From positions 1-61,486 of the forward strand of contig JBGPZT010000002.1 in NCBI GenBank assembly GCA_041493915.1: a stretch of 61,486 nucleotides of DNA, written 5' to 3'. The translations under genes and the position numbers were made by a program. Position 1 is the first letter of the stretch; each line of letters begins with the position of its first letter. Below are positions 7,749 to 15,962 of the stretch, one piece after another. The stretch is from Candidatus Limnocylindria bacterium. GTDB taxonomy: Bacteria; Chloroflexota; Limnocylindria; P2-11E. The notes under the pieces were generated by a model. It was not told where the DNA came from. It made no database searches and saw nothing but the letters and a program-made list of their open reading frames with translations.

Positions 7749-8819
7749 CTACGCCACTTCCCGTCTGATGGAGGCGACCGCGCCAACGGCCATCACGAGA
7801 CCGAAGACAATCAGGACGCCGATGTCGCGCAGCACGAGCGGGTCGGCGAGCTCGTAGCCCTTGATCATCACCGACCGCAGCGCCTCGTTCGCGTATGTGA
7901 GCGGAAGCACCGCGGAGACCGGTCGCAGGTAGTCGGGTAGCTGGTCCACGGGTATGAGCAATCCCGAGAGGAAGACCTGCGGCAGCAGGACGATCGGCAC
8001 GAACTGCACGGCCTGCAGCTCATTGCGTGCCGCAGCCGACACGAGCAGCCCGAGCGAGACCGCGCCGACGACGAGCACAGCTTCGACGATGAAGATCGTC
8101 GCGAGGTTGCCACGGTAATGGACCTGCAGAACGAAGACGGTGAAGAGCAGGATGACGATCGCCTGCAGCAGGGCGAAGAAGCTGAAGCCCGCAAGGTAAC
8201 CGACGACGAGCTCTCCGCGGCGGAGCGGCGTTGCCATCAGCCGCTCGAGGGTCCCTGTCGTGCGCTCGCGCAGGAACGACACCGCCGAGAGCAGGAAGAT
8301 GAAGAAGAAGGCGAAGAACGCGACGAGGACCGGCGCGAGATAGTCCAGGATCGAGTAGTCGGGTCCGCCGTAGAGCTGGTCGATCGTCACGCCTGGTCCG
8401 CTCAACGCCAGGTTGCCGCCCGCGACCGCGTCGGTGAGGGCCTTCTGGATCGCGCCGCCGATCGAGCCGCTCTCGAGCGGATCCGCGCCCTCGATCTGGA
8501 TGTGGAGTGTCGCGCCCTCGAGCCAGACGACGGCGTCGACCTGGCCGTCGCGCAGCTGCTGCGCGCCCTCGTCGAACGTGCCGCGCCGTCCGTGGATCGC
8601 GCTCGACGCGACGAAGCGGTCGACGATCGGCGCCGGCAGGTTGAGACGGTCCGTCGCGACGACGACGGTCGGGACGCGCTCGGTAGCCGAACCCCAGACC
8701 GCGCCGACGAGCGATAACACGACGATCGGCGCGGCGAAAAGCAGCCCCAGCGACCGCCGATCGCGGCGGAAGCCGAGGACGATCCGCTTCGCGACAGCGC
8801 GGACGCGATGCGGATCCAT
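7749..8819 (-). CDS. ABC-2 type transporter permease
   Basis: Has an N-terminal TM, a large extracytoplasmic loop and five C-terminal TMs, with ...FLRERTTGTLERLMATPL... typical of ABC-2 exporters. ATGA-type junction with the ATPase gene. Confidence 0.8.
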   Translation of the reverse strand: MDPHRVRAVAKRIVLGFRRDRRSLGLLFAAPIVVLSLVGAVWGSATERVPTVVVATDRLNLPAPIVDRFVASSAIHGRRGTFDEGAQQLRDGQVDAVVWLEGATLHIQIEGADPLESGSIGGAIQKALTDAVAGGNLALSGPGVTIDQLYGGPDYSILDYLAPVLVAFFAFFFIFLLSAVSFLRERTTGTLERLMATPLRRGELVVGYLAGFSFFALLQAIVILLFTVFVLQVHYRGNLATIFIVEAVLVVGAVSLGLLVSAAARNELQAVQFVPIVLLPQVFLSGLLIPVDQLPDYLRPVSAVLPLTYANEALRSVMIKGYELADPLVLRDIGVLIVFGLVMAVGAVASIRREVA

Positions 8820-9562
8820 CAGCGCGCCTCCGCGAGCGCGAGGAAGGCGCTCTCGAGATCGCGCGTGCCGGCTCGCGACACGAGCTCGTTGGCGGTGCCC
8901 TCGGCGAGAACGACTCCGCTGCGGATGAGGCCGAGGCGATCGCAGCGTGACGCCTCATCCATCACGTGACTGGATACGAGGATGGTGATCCCAGACGACG
9001 CCAGCTTGCGGAAGTGCGCCCAGAACTCCTGGCGCAGCAGCGGGTCGACGCCGACGGTCGGCTCGTCGAGGAGGAGCAGGCTCGGTCGGTGGAGGAGCGT
9101 GGCCGCGAGCGAGACGCGCGTTCGCATCCCGCTGGACAGCGTGTTCACCACGGAGCGTCGGCGATCGAGGAGGTCCACGGTCCGCAGGGCCTCCTCGATG
9201 CGCTCCTCGGCATGCGGCACCCCTTGCAGTGCCGCGAAGAAGCGCAGGTTCTCGTCGACCGATAGCTCCCCGTACAGCGCCGCTGCCTGCGTCATGTAGC
9301 CGACGCGCCCGGCGCTCACCGCCGCGCGCGGCGTCAGCCCCAGGGCCGCGAGCGTGCCTGCTTCCGGACGCAGCAGACCGGCGACGCAGCGGATGAAGGT
9401 CGTCTTCCCGGAGCCGTTCGGCCCCAGCAGGCCGTAGATCTCGCCGGTGCGGATCGCGAGATCGAGCCCACGCAGCGCCTCGATCGCGCCGAACCGCTTT
9501 CGGACACCCTGCGCGACGACGGCGAACTCAGCTGGCACGGCGAATTCCTCAGGCGGAACCAT
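8819..9562 (-). CDS. ABC transporter ATP-binding protein
   Basis: Has Walker A GPNGSGKTT, signature LSSGMRTR and Walker B LLLLDEPT. Confidence 0.9.
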   Translation of the reverse strand: MVPPEEFAVPAEFAVVAQGVRKRFGAIEALRGLDLAIRTGEIYGLLGPNGSGKTTFIRCVAGLLRPEAGTLAALGLTPRAAVSAGRVGYMTQAAALYGELSVDENLRFFAALQGVPHAEERIEEALRTVDLLDRRRSVVNTLSSGMRTRVSLAATLLHRPSLLLLDEPTVGVDPLLRQEFWAHFRKLASSGITILVSSHVMDEASRCDRLGLIRSGVVLAEGTANELVSRAGTRDLESAFLALAEAR

Positions 9563-9666
9563 AGTCGAGATCGCCCCCGGGTAACGGTTTCGTCACTGGC
9601 ACGGCAGTTGCTCATGACGTCTGTCAGCAAAGGCTCCGCCCCCAGCGGCGGGAAAGGACGGCGGTC

Positions 9667-9858
9667 ATGGACGCATTCTTCGTAGGACTGGTGTTCGGTG
9701 TCGCGTTCGGGATGCTCGTCGTCGGCTTCCTCGCCGTCGGCTCCTACCAGCGCGGGTTCAGCCAGGCCCTCGAGCGTCGCAAGGAATGGCGTGGCGAGCT
9801 CGTCGCTCGGCAGGTGGTCGCGCGCCGCGCGCTGGAGCAGCTGCGTAAGGCCAGCTAG
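9667..9858 (+). CDS. Hypothetical small membrane protein
   Basis: 63 aa with one TM (FFVGLVFGVAFGMLVVGFLAV) and a basic helical tail. Confidence 0.3.
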   Translation: MDAFFVGLVFGVAFGMLVVGFLAVGSYQRGFSQALERRKEWRGELVARQVVARRALEQLRKAS

Positions 9859-9861
9859 CAG

Positions 9862-10311
9862 CTATTTCCCGAACCAGGACCGCCGCAGGTCTTCGAGCGC
9901 CTGCTGGAGCCGGTCGACCAGACCCGGTATGCCCGTCGGCGCGATCTCGACCTCTCCGGTGCGCGAGAGTCGCAGCTCGTCGCCCGCCCTCACCGCCGCC
10001 CTCACCGCCGCCCGGTCCGCCGTCACGGTGAACACGACACGGTCCTGTTCGGCGACGACGCTCGCGACCCGCAGGCGTCCATCGGGCAGCGCCTTGATGA
10101 CCGCTTTCAGATCGGCGTCGCTCCGCATGTCGGCCTGAGGCTGCGGCGCGATCCGCGCGACGGTCTTGCCGACCTCGTCGAAGAAGGTCGCCGGACCGCG
10201 AACGACGCTACCGATCAGCGCGGCGAAAAGACCCACGGCGAGCAGCACCGCGAACATTCCGATCACGAACTGCAGCGCCCACAGCGGGAGGAACGTGCCT
10301 GCGCGCTTCAC
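9862..10311 (-). CDS. Hypothetical membrane-anchored protein
   Basis: 149 aa with an N-terminal TM pair and a soluble domain. Coding-like composition but no family recognised. Confidence 0.4.
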   Translation of the reverse strand: MKRAGTFLPLWALQFVIGMFAVLLAVGLFAALIGSVVRGPATFFDEVGKTVARIAPQPQADMRSDADLKAVIKALPDGRLRVASVVAEQDRVVFTVTADRAAVRAAVRAGDELRLSRTGEVEIAPTGIPGLVDRLQQALEDLRRSWFGK

Positions 10312-10357
10312 GTCTGCTCAGGCTAGCAAGGGGGTGCATATCTGCGAAGATGCGGCG

Positions 10358-11380
10358 ATGGATCCGCTGAAGGTCGTCTGTGTGGGCGGCGGGCTGGGCG
10401 CGCCGACGGTCATGGCCGGCCTGCGCACATTCACCTCGGACATCACCGGCCTCATCGCCGTCACTGACTCCGGACGCTCGACGGGCAAGGTCCGTATCGC
10501 GCTCGACGTGCCCGCGCCCGGCGACATCCGCAACGCGCTCACCGTACTGGCGGAGGGCGATCCGGTCCTCACGCGGCTGTTCAACCACCGCTTCGAAACG
10601 GACAAGAGCGAAGACCTGAACGGCATGGCCTTCGGCAACCTCTTTCTCGCGGCGCTGACCCAGCAGGAGGGTTCGTTCCTCGCCGCGGTCGAGGAGGCCT
10701 CGCGCATGCTCAAGCTGCGCGGTCGCGTCCTCCCGGTCACTCTGTACAACACGCACCTCTGCGCGGAGCTCACCGATGGCAGCATCGTCGAGACCGAGGT
10801 CAGCGTGCGAGCGATCGGAAAGGCGCCGATCGAGCGCGTCTTCCTCAAAGACACGCAGGTCGGCGCGACGCCGGGCAGCGTCGAGGCGATCGCGTCGGCG
10901 GACCTCATCACGCTCGGCCCGGGGAGCTTGTACACGACCGTGTGCGCGTGTCTCCTCGTACCGGACATCGCGCGCGCGATCGCGAATGCCGAGGGCCTCG
11001 TCGTGTACGTCGCGAACACGACGCGCCAGCCGGGCCAGACCGACACGCTCTCGCTCTCCGATCACGTCCGCACGGTGCAGGACTATCTCGGCGGATCGGG
11101 TCTCGACGCGGTCCTCGTGAACGATGACCCGCCGCCGGCGCACCTTCGCCTGCACTACGCGGAAAAGGGGCTCCCGTTGCTCGACCCGGCCGGCGAAGAG
11201 CTCGAACGCATCCGCGCGATGGGCGTCCGTCCGGTCACGGCGCCGATCATCGACAAGTGGAGCGGGCCACGCGACCTGTGGCTGAAGCAGGACACGATCC
11301 GTCACGACCCTGAGCGCGTGGCGCGCGCCCTCGTCGATCTGGTCGAGCAGCGCCGGCGACCCGCGCTGCGTGCGCTCTGA
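10358..11380 (+). CDS. YvcK/CofD-family protein (gluconeogenesis factor-like, UPF0052)
   Basis: Starts MDPLKVVCVGGGLGAPTVMAGL and contains ...AVTDSGRSTGK... GPGSLYTT. The start is set at ATG 10358 rather than the upstream ORF-track start, which overlaps the divergent gene. Confidence 0.8.
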   Translation: MDPLKVVCVGGGLGAPTVMAGLRTFTSDITGLIAVTDSGRSTGKVRIALDVPAPGDIRNALTVLAEGDPVLTRLFNHRFETDKSEDLNGMAFGNLFLAALTQQEGSFLAAVEEASRMLKLRGRVLPVTLYNTHLCAELTDGSIVETEVSVRAIGKAPIERVFLKDTQVGATPGSVEAIASADLITLGPGSLYTTVCACLLVPDIARAIANAEGLVVYVANTTRQPGQTDTLSLSDHVRTVQDYLGGSGLDAVLVNDDPPPAHLRLHYAEKGLPLLDPAGEELERIRAMGVRPVTAPIIDKWSGPRDLWLKQDTIRHDPERVARALVDLVEQRRRPALRAL

Positions 11381-12321
11381 TGGCCGTGGCGGCGCGCGCG
11401 CGCCACTTCGTCTCGATCGGCGAGCTCGACGTCGGCGGCCTCGCACATCTGCTCGAACGTGCCTCGGCCCTCAAAACGGCGCGCCGCCGTCGCGAGCCGC
11501 TGCTCGAGGGACGCACGCTCGCGCTGATCTTCGAGAAACCGAGCCTGCGGACCCGACTCTCGTTCGACGTCGGCATGACCGAGCTGGGAGGTCACTGCGT
11601 GTATCTCTCACCACAGGAGGTCGGCCTGGGCCGCCGCGAGAGCGTCGCCGATGTTGCGCGCGTCGTGAGCCGCATGGTCGACGCCGTCGTCCTCCGCACG
11701 AATGCGCACGAGACGATCGAGGAATTCGCGCGCTTCGCGTCGGTCCCGGTGATAAACGGACTCTCCGATCTATCGCACCCCTGCCAGGGTCTGGCCGACA
11801 TCCTGACCATCAGCGAGAAGAAAGGACCCGACCTGCACGACGTCACGGTGGCCTACGTTGGTGACGGGAACAACGTGCTCAACTCGCTCATGCTCGCCGT
11901 CGTCCTGCGGTCCGGTCGTATGCGCGTCGCGACGCCCGCCGGGTTCGAGCCCACTCCGCGATACCGCGAGCTCGCGGAGCGCAAGGCCGGCGAAGCGAAT
12001 GGCTCGATCGAGTTCGGGAACGATCCCATCGCCGCGGTCCAGGGCGCGGACGTCGTGTACACCGACGTCTGGACCAGCATGGGTCAGGAGCAGGAGTACG
12101 AGCGCCGGCGTCGCGCGTTCGCCGGCTATCAGGTGAATTCGGCGTTGCTCCGGCATGCGAAGCAGGATGCGATCGTGATGCACGACCTGCCGGCACACCG
12201 CGGTGAGGAGATCACCGACGAAGTGCTCGACGGACCTCAGAGCGTCGTCTTCGATCAGGCGGAGAACCGGCTGCACACCCAGAAGGCGATCCTGTGCTGG
12301 CTGCTCGAGGAACGGCGATGA
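11380..12321 (+). CDS. argF: Ornithine carbamoyltransferase-type transcarbamylase
   Basis: Has SLRTRLSF (SxRTR), HPCQGLAD (HPxQ) and DVWTSMGQE. The HCLP motif reads HDLPAHRGEE here. The start overlaps the yvcK-like stop. Confidence 0.85.
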   Translation: MAVAARARHFVSIGELDVGGLAHLLERASALKTARRRREPLLEGRTLALIFEKPSLRTRLSFDVGMTELGGHCVYLSPQEVGLGRRESVADVARVVSRMVDAVVLRTNAHETIEEFARFASVPVINGLSDLSHPCQGLADILTISEKKGPDLHDVTVAYVGDGNNVLNSLMLAVVLRSGRMRVATPAGFEPTPRYRELAERKAGEANGSIEFGNDPIAAVQGADVVYTDVWTSMGQEQEYERRRRAFAGYQVNSALLRHAKQDAIVMHDLPAHRGEEITDEVLDGPQSVVFDQAENRLHTQKAILCWLLEERR

Positions 12322-12779
12322 GGGAGCGCGTCATCCTCGCGGACTGCTGCGAGGACTGGATCATCGAATGGGGTGGCTTCTACAAGTCTGACCGCTCCTT
12401 CCGTTGCCCGGAGTGCGCCACGGAATGGAAGAAGACGGACACGGAAACGTATCGCCGTGGCGACGGACGGATCTTCACGCGCCGCACGCGCGTCGGCCCG
12501 CAGGCCTCGTTCCCATACCTCGCTTCCGCGGACGGCCACCAGCCGAACGTGGAGCGGTGCTGCGCGAAGATCCTTTTGTCGCGTGGAGAGCGGATGCCAG
12601 ACGGACCGTTCGTGTGTCCGGTGTGCGGCACCGAGTGGCGGCGAAGTGCCGAGCGGCTTCATGGTCTTCGCGTTCCCGTCTTCGCGAAGGCAGGCCTCGC
12701 GGAGCCACTCACGATCCAGGCGGGTCGGACGCGTCCGTTCCTCGTGACACTCTCGGAGTATTCGCCGCCGCGCGACTAG
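12318..12779 (+). CDS. Hypothetical protein with two CC...CPxCxTEW(K/R)(K/R) zinc-ribbon-like modules
   Basis: The ATG at 12318 overlaps the argF stop (ATGA). Internal duplication: DCCEDW...FRCPECATEWKK and ERCCAKI...FVCPVCGTEWRR. Confidence 0.5.
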   Translation: MRERVILADCCEDWIIEWGGFYKSDRSFRCPECATEWKKTDTETYRRGDGRIFTRRTRVGPQASFPYLASADGHQPNVERCCAKILLSRGERMPDGPFVCPVCGTEWRRSAERLHGLRVPVFAKAGLAEPLTIQAGRTRPFLVTLSEYSPPRD

Positions 12780-12988
12780 ACCGCGAGCTGCCACACGCCT
12801 GAGACGTGCGGGTCCCCCGAACGGCAGATGAGCGACGGATACCGCCGCATAGGCTGACCCGCGGTGGATCCGCTGGTGTGGGGCGGATGGGGGCGCGCCG
12901 GATCCGAGGCGGCTACAGCTCGCGGTGAGAGTGGCCGGCCTCGGGTTCGTCCTCGCAGTTCTCGGCGTGGTCTCGACGAAGTAGCGAA

Positions 12989-13987
12989 CTACCGCAGCGG
13001 CGAGATCCGGTCCGCGCGACCCTTCGCCCGATCCCGCGACCACATCATGTAGTGCTTGTGGCACAGACCATGGGACCGATGCGGCTTGCCGCAGCCGGGC
13101 GCAACGCATGACGCCGGTGGATCGACGAGACGGATCGGCTGGTACTGCGCGAGTGCCGCGTCGATCGCCGCTCTGCGCCGAATCCCCATCGAGTTCCGGA
13201 GTCGGCGCATCCATGTCGCCGCGTGGTGGCCGCTGATCGCGGCTACGTACGTCGGACTCCAACCCTCCTTCGCCGCCTCTCGGCGCCAAACATTCGGCGC
13301 GCCCATGAGGCGCGCGACGCGAGCCACGATGCCCTCATCGCACATCTGCAAACTGAGGAGCGGATAGGCGATCGCAGCGGAGTGACGATTGACGGAGAAG
13401 GTGCCTTCACCTTCAAGCAATCCGGCTAGCCATGCCAGGGCGGACGAATCGTCCAGCTCCGCGCCGTTAGTGATCGGGCCGAACGCTTCCACGTGAGGCT
13501 CAAGCGGACCGAAGTCGGTCGTTTCTCCGCGACGCCCTGCCTTCCACCACCGGTCATAGTGCCGCGCGCACAGTCCGCGGCGGGCACCCGGACGTAGGCA
13601 GTCGCTGGCAGAGCATCGTGCAGCCGGTCGTCGCCATCGGGTTCGATGTCCACGCCAAGACGCGATCGCGCGCTCGATACTGCCTTGGCGCAGCGTGCCC
13701 ACGTGCGGATAGATCGCACGCATCAGGGATAGAGCCGGTGCTCCCTTGATGGTCGTCACATACGGTGTCTTGTGATGCGCGCGACGCTTGCGAACCGGGA
13801 TCACCGCGCGGTCGATAAGGGCCCCAACCCGATCGACCACATCCCGGTCGGTCATCGATACTCGAACGACCGGAATCCCTCGGCCGGAAGGCGATGCTGC
13901 GACGAATGTCCCCTCGCCTTCGAGCAGTCCGATCAGCCAGTAGAAATCCTGATCGTCCAATTCGGTCGCATGTACGTCGAATCGCAA
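12989..13987 (-). CDS. Double-motif LAGLIDADG-type homing endonuclease-like protein with two Cys-rich GLCxxHY zinc-ribbon motifs
   Basis: Two LAGLIDADG-like helices: YWLIGLLEGEGTF and LAWLAGLLEGEGTF. Each is followed by a Cys motif (CSASDCLRPGARRGLCARHYDRWW and CVAPGCGKPHRSHGLCHKHYMMW). The ORF-track ATG at 14083 lies inside tRNA-His, and the first start-type codon after the tRNA is TTG at 13987, so the start is uncertain. Confidence 0.65.
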   Translation of the reverse strand: MRFDVHATELDDQDFYWLIGLLEGEGTFVAASPSGRGIPVVRVSMTDRDVVDRVGALIDRAVIPVRKRRAHHKTPYVTTIKGAPALSLMRAIYPHVGTLRQGSIERAIASWRGHRTRWRRPAARCSASDCLRPGARRGLCARHYDRWWKAGRRGETTDFGPLEPHVEAFGPITNGAELDDSSALAWLAGLLEGEGTFSVNRHSAAIAYPLLSLQMCDEGIVARVARLMGAPNVWRREAAKEGWSPTYVAAISGHHAATWMRRLRNSMGIRRRAAIDAALAQYQPIRLVDPPASCVAPGCGKPHRSHGLCHKHYMMWSRDRAKGRADRISPLR

Positions 13988-14026
13988 GGCCGTGTCAATG
14001 GGTGACGCTGTAGACGCAATCTGCGG

Positions 14027-14098
14027 GGCGGCTACGGGGTTTCGAACCCCGACTGAGTGGTCCACAACCACTAGTGCTGCCATTACACAATAGCCGCC
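14027..14098 (-). tRNA. tRNA-His (anticodon GTG) with encoded G-1
   Basis: Folded by hand. G-1 plus acceptor GCGGCTA/TAGCCGC plus discriminator C. D arm GTGTAATGGCAGCAC. Anticodon stem AGTGG/CCACT with loop TTGTGGA. Variable loop CAGT. T arm CGGGG-TTCGAAA-CCCCG. CCA is not encoded. Confidence 0.85.
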
Positions 14099-14149
14099 GT
14101 GAGAGGCAGGAACCGCCCTGTCTCGACTAAAGGTTAGACGACCGGTGCG

Positions 14150-14953
14150 TCAAAGTCCCGCCCGCTTCCGCGCGTCCTCGTAGAGCGGGCGCACCATCGG
14201 CGCCGCCGGATGGAACTCGCCGACATCGAGGAACACTGTCCACGTGTCGACCGCGCCGCGCCAATCCTCGCTGCGGTACTGGATCAACCCCTTCAGGAAC
14301 AGTGCGTCCGCGTCGCGCGGACGCAGCGTCAGCACGTGCTCCGCGGCGATGCGTGCCCCCGCGAGCTCGCCGGAGCTGAAAAGCATGAAGCCGATCCCGT
14401 TGAGCGCCGGTACGTTGTCCTTGTCGATCGCCAACACCGCTTGATACGTCGCGACGGCATCGGTCACGCGGTCCTGGCTCACGTACGCCTCCGCGAGCCC
14501 GATCAGCGTTGGCACATCGCGCGGGCTCGCCTTCGCGCGTGCCTCGAGCTCGGGAAGTGTCGGGGCGACGGCTGCCGTTCCCGTGATCGGCTCGCCGGGC
14601 GCGCGGTCGCCCGCCGCGCGCGGCAGCTCGATCACGACGAGCACCACTGCGATCCCTGCGAGCAGCGACGCGAGCGCGATGGTGCGCCACGGAGCGGGAG
14701 CCGATCGCCTCTCGCGCTCTGTGACGAACGCGCCGCGTTCGAGGAGACCGCGCAGCCGCTCGTGGTCGGCCGGCGCGATCGTGCCCGCGGCGCGCGCGAA
14801 CTCGAGATCGCGCAGCGAGCTGACCGCGCGCGCCACGTCGTCGTGCGCGTCGGGAGCTTCGACCGGCCACGCGACGTCGCGCCGCGCGAGGATCGGGCGC
14901 ACGGCAAGGACGAGGCCCGCGAGGAAGAGAGTCGTGAAGAGGAGGTAGCTCAC
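14150..14953 (-). CDS. ccmI: Cytochrome c-type biogenesis protein CcmI-like (TM plus TPR)
   Basis: Has an N-terminal TM, a second TM and a TPR-like C-terminal region. GTGA overlap with the ccmH stop. Last gene of the ccm operon. Confidence 0.65.
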   Translation of the reverse strand: MSYLLFTTLFLAGLVLAVRPILARRDVAWPVEAPDAHDDVARAVSSLRDLEFARAAGTIAPADHERLRGLLERGAFVTERERRSAPAPWRTIALASLLAGIAVVLVVIELPRAAGDRAPGEPITGTAAVAPTLPELEARAKASPRDVPTLIGLAEAYVSQDRVTDAVATYQAVLAIDKDNVPALNGIGFMLFSSGELAGARIAAEHVLTLRPRDADALFLKGLIQYRSEDWRGAVDTWTVFLDVGEFHPAAPMVRPLYEDARKRAGL

Positions 14954-15432
14954 TCGGCGCCATCCGCCTGCGGCAGGTCCAGCGCTTCCTCGCGCGCGAC
15001 GCGTTCACGCAGGGCCGCGAGCTCGCGCGCGGGCGGCGCGGCGACGCTCGGGACGCCCGGATGTATCCGCCCGAGCGCGACGGCCAGACCGGCCGCCAGC
15101 GCAGCGAGTGGGACGAGCCAGATCAGACCGAGCCACGAGGAGACGGGTGGCGACAGCAACACCCAGTCTCCGAACGACGCGCGGAACTCGTCGCGGATCT
15201 CGTCGTCGGTGCGGCCCTCGGCGACACGCTGTATCACGATGTCGCGCATCTGCCGCGCGCTCGCGGCCGGTGAGTCCTTCACCGACAGACCCTGACACGT
15301 TACGCAACGCAGCTCGCTGGTGATGCGGTCGACGCGCTCAGCCGCGGTCACGTCGTGCGGACGCGCGCTCCACCCGACCGCGCCGAGGATCGCGAGCAGG
15401 GCAACAAGGATCAGCGCGCGCTCGCGCGTCAT
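14950..15432 (-). CDS. ccmH: Cytochrome c-type biogenesis protein CcmH/NrfF
   Basis: Has the LRCVTCQG (LRCxxC) motif, a signal anchor and a C-terminal TM. The start at 15432 forms an ATGA overlap with ccmG. Confidence 0.85.
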   Translation of the reverse strand: MTRERALILVALLAILGAVGWSARPHDVTAAERVDRITSELRCVTCQGLSVKDSPAASARQMRDIVIQRVAEGRTDDEIRDEFRASFGDWVLLSPPVSSWLGLIWLVPLAALAAGLAVALGRIHPGVPSVAAPPARELAALRERVAREEALDLPQADGAE

Positions 15433-15962
15433 CGCGTTGCCTTCGGCCTGAGGCCGTCGATCGCCGCGACGAGCGTCGCTTCGTCGATCGGCCCGATGTG
15501 TCGCCCGGCGATGATCCCGTCCGGCCCGATGAAGTACGTTTCGGGTATCCCGAAGACGCCGTACGCGAACGCGACGCGGCCGTCTTCGTCCGTCACGGTC
15601 GGCCAGGTGACGCCGTTGTCGCGCACGTAACCCCGTGCGCTCTCCAGCGAGTCCTGATAGAGGATCCCGATGAGCACGACGTCGCTCGACCGGTAACGCT
15701 CCCACACGCGCACGAGGGCGGGGTTCTCCTCCTTGCACGGGATGCACCACGATGCCCAGAAGTTCAAGATCACGACCTTTCCGGCGTGATCGCTGAGCGC
15801 GACCTTCCCGTTGCCGTCGAGGCGATCGAGGGTGAAGGCGGCGGCGGGCTTACCGACGGTCCCGGTGCGGATGTCGTGCGGATCGCGGCGGAACGACAGC
15901 ATCAGCACGACGACCAGCGCCCCGATGCCGAACACGATGGTGAGCCGCAGCCAGCGCGGCAT
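15429..15962 (-). CDS. ccmG: Thiol:disulfide oxidoreductase CcmG/DsbE (TlpA-like thioredoxin)
   Basis: Has the NFWASWCIPCKEE active site and an N-terminal membrane anchor. TGATG junction with ccmF. Confidence 0.85.
   Translation of the reverse strand: MPRWLRLTIVFGIGALVVVLMLSFRRDPHDIRTGTVGKPAAAFTLDRLDGNGKVALSDHAGKVVILNFWASWCIPCKEENPALVRVWERYRSSDVVLIGILYQDSLESARGYVRDNGVTWPTVTDEDGRVAFAYGVFGIPETYFIGPDGIIAGRHIGPIDEATLVAAIDGLRPKATR

Noticed and set aside
12928-12936. The 9-nt string ggcggctac, identical to the 3' acceptor end of tRNA-His (14027-14035), lies ~55 nt beyond the LAGLIDADG ORF stop. It was considered as a possible att-type direct repeat bounding a 1.1-kb insertion.
   Set aside because: The match is only 9 nt, in GC-rich sequence, and does not extend. 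It is too short to distinguish from chance without comparative data. It is noted for follow-up but not claimed.
14027-14083. The ATG at 14083 as the start of the LAGLIDADG-like ORF.
   Set aside because: The first 19 codons would be read from within the tRNA-His gene body, so that part of the open frame is coincidental.
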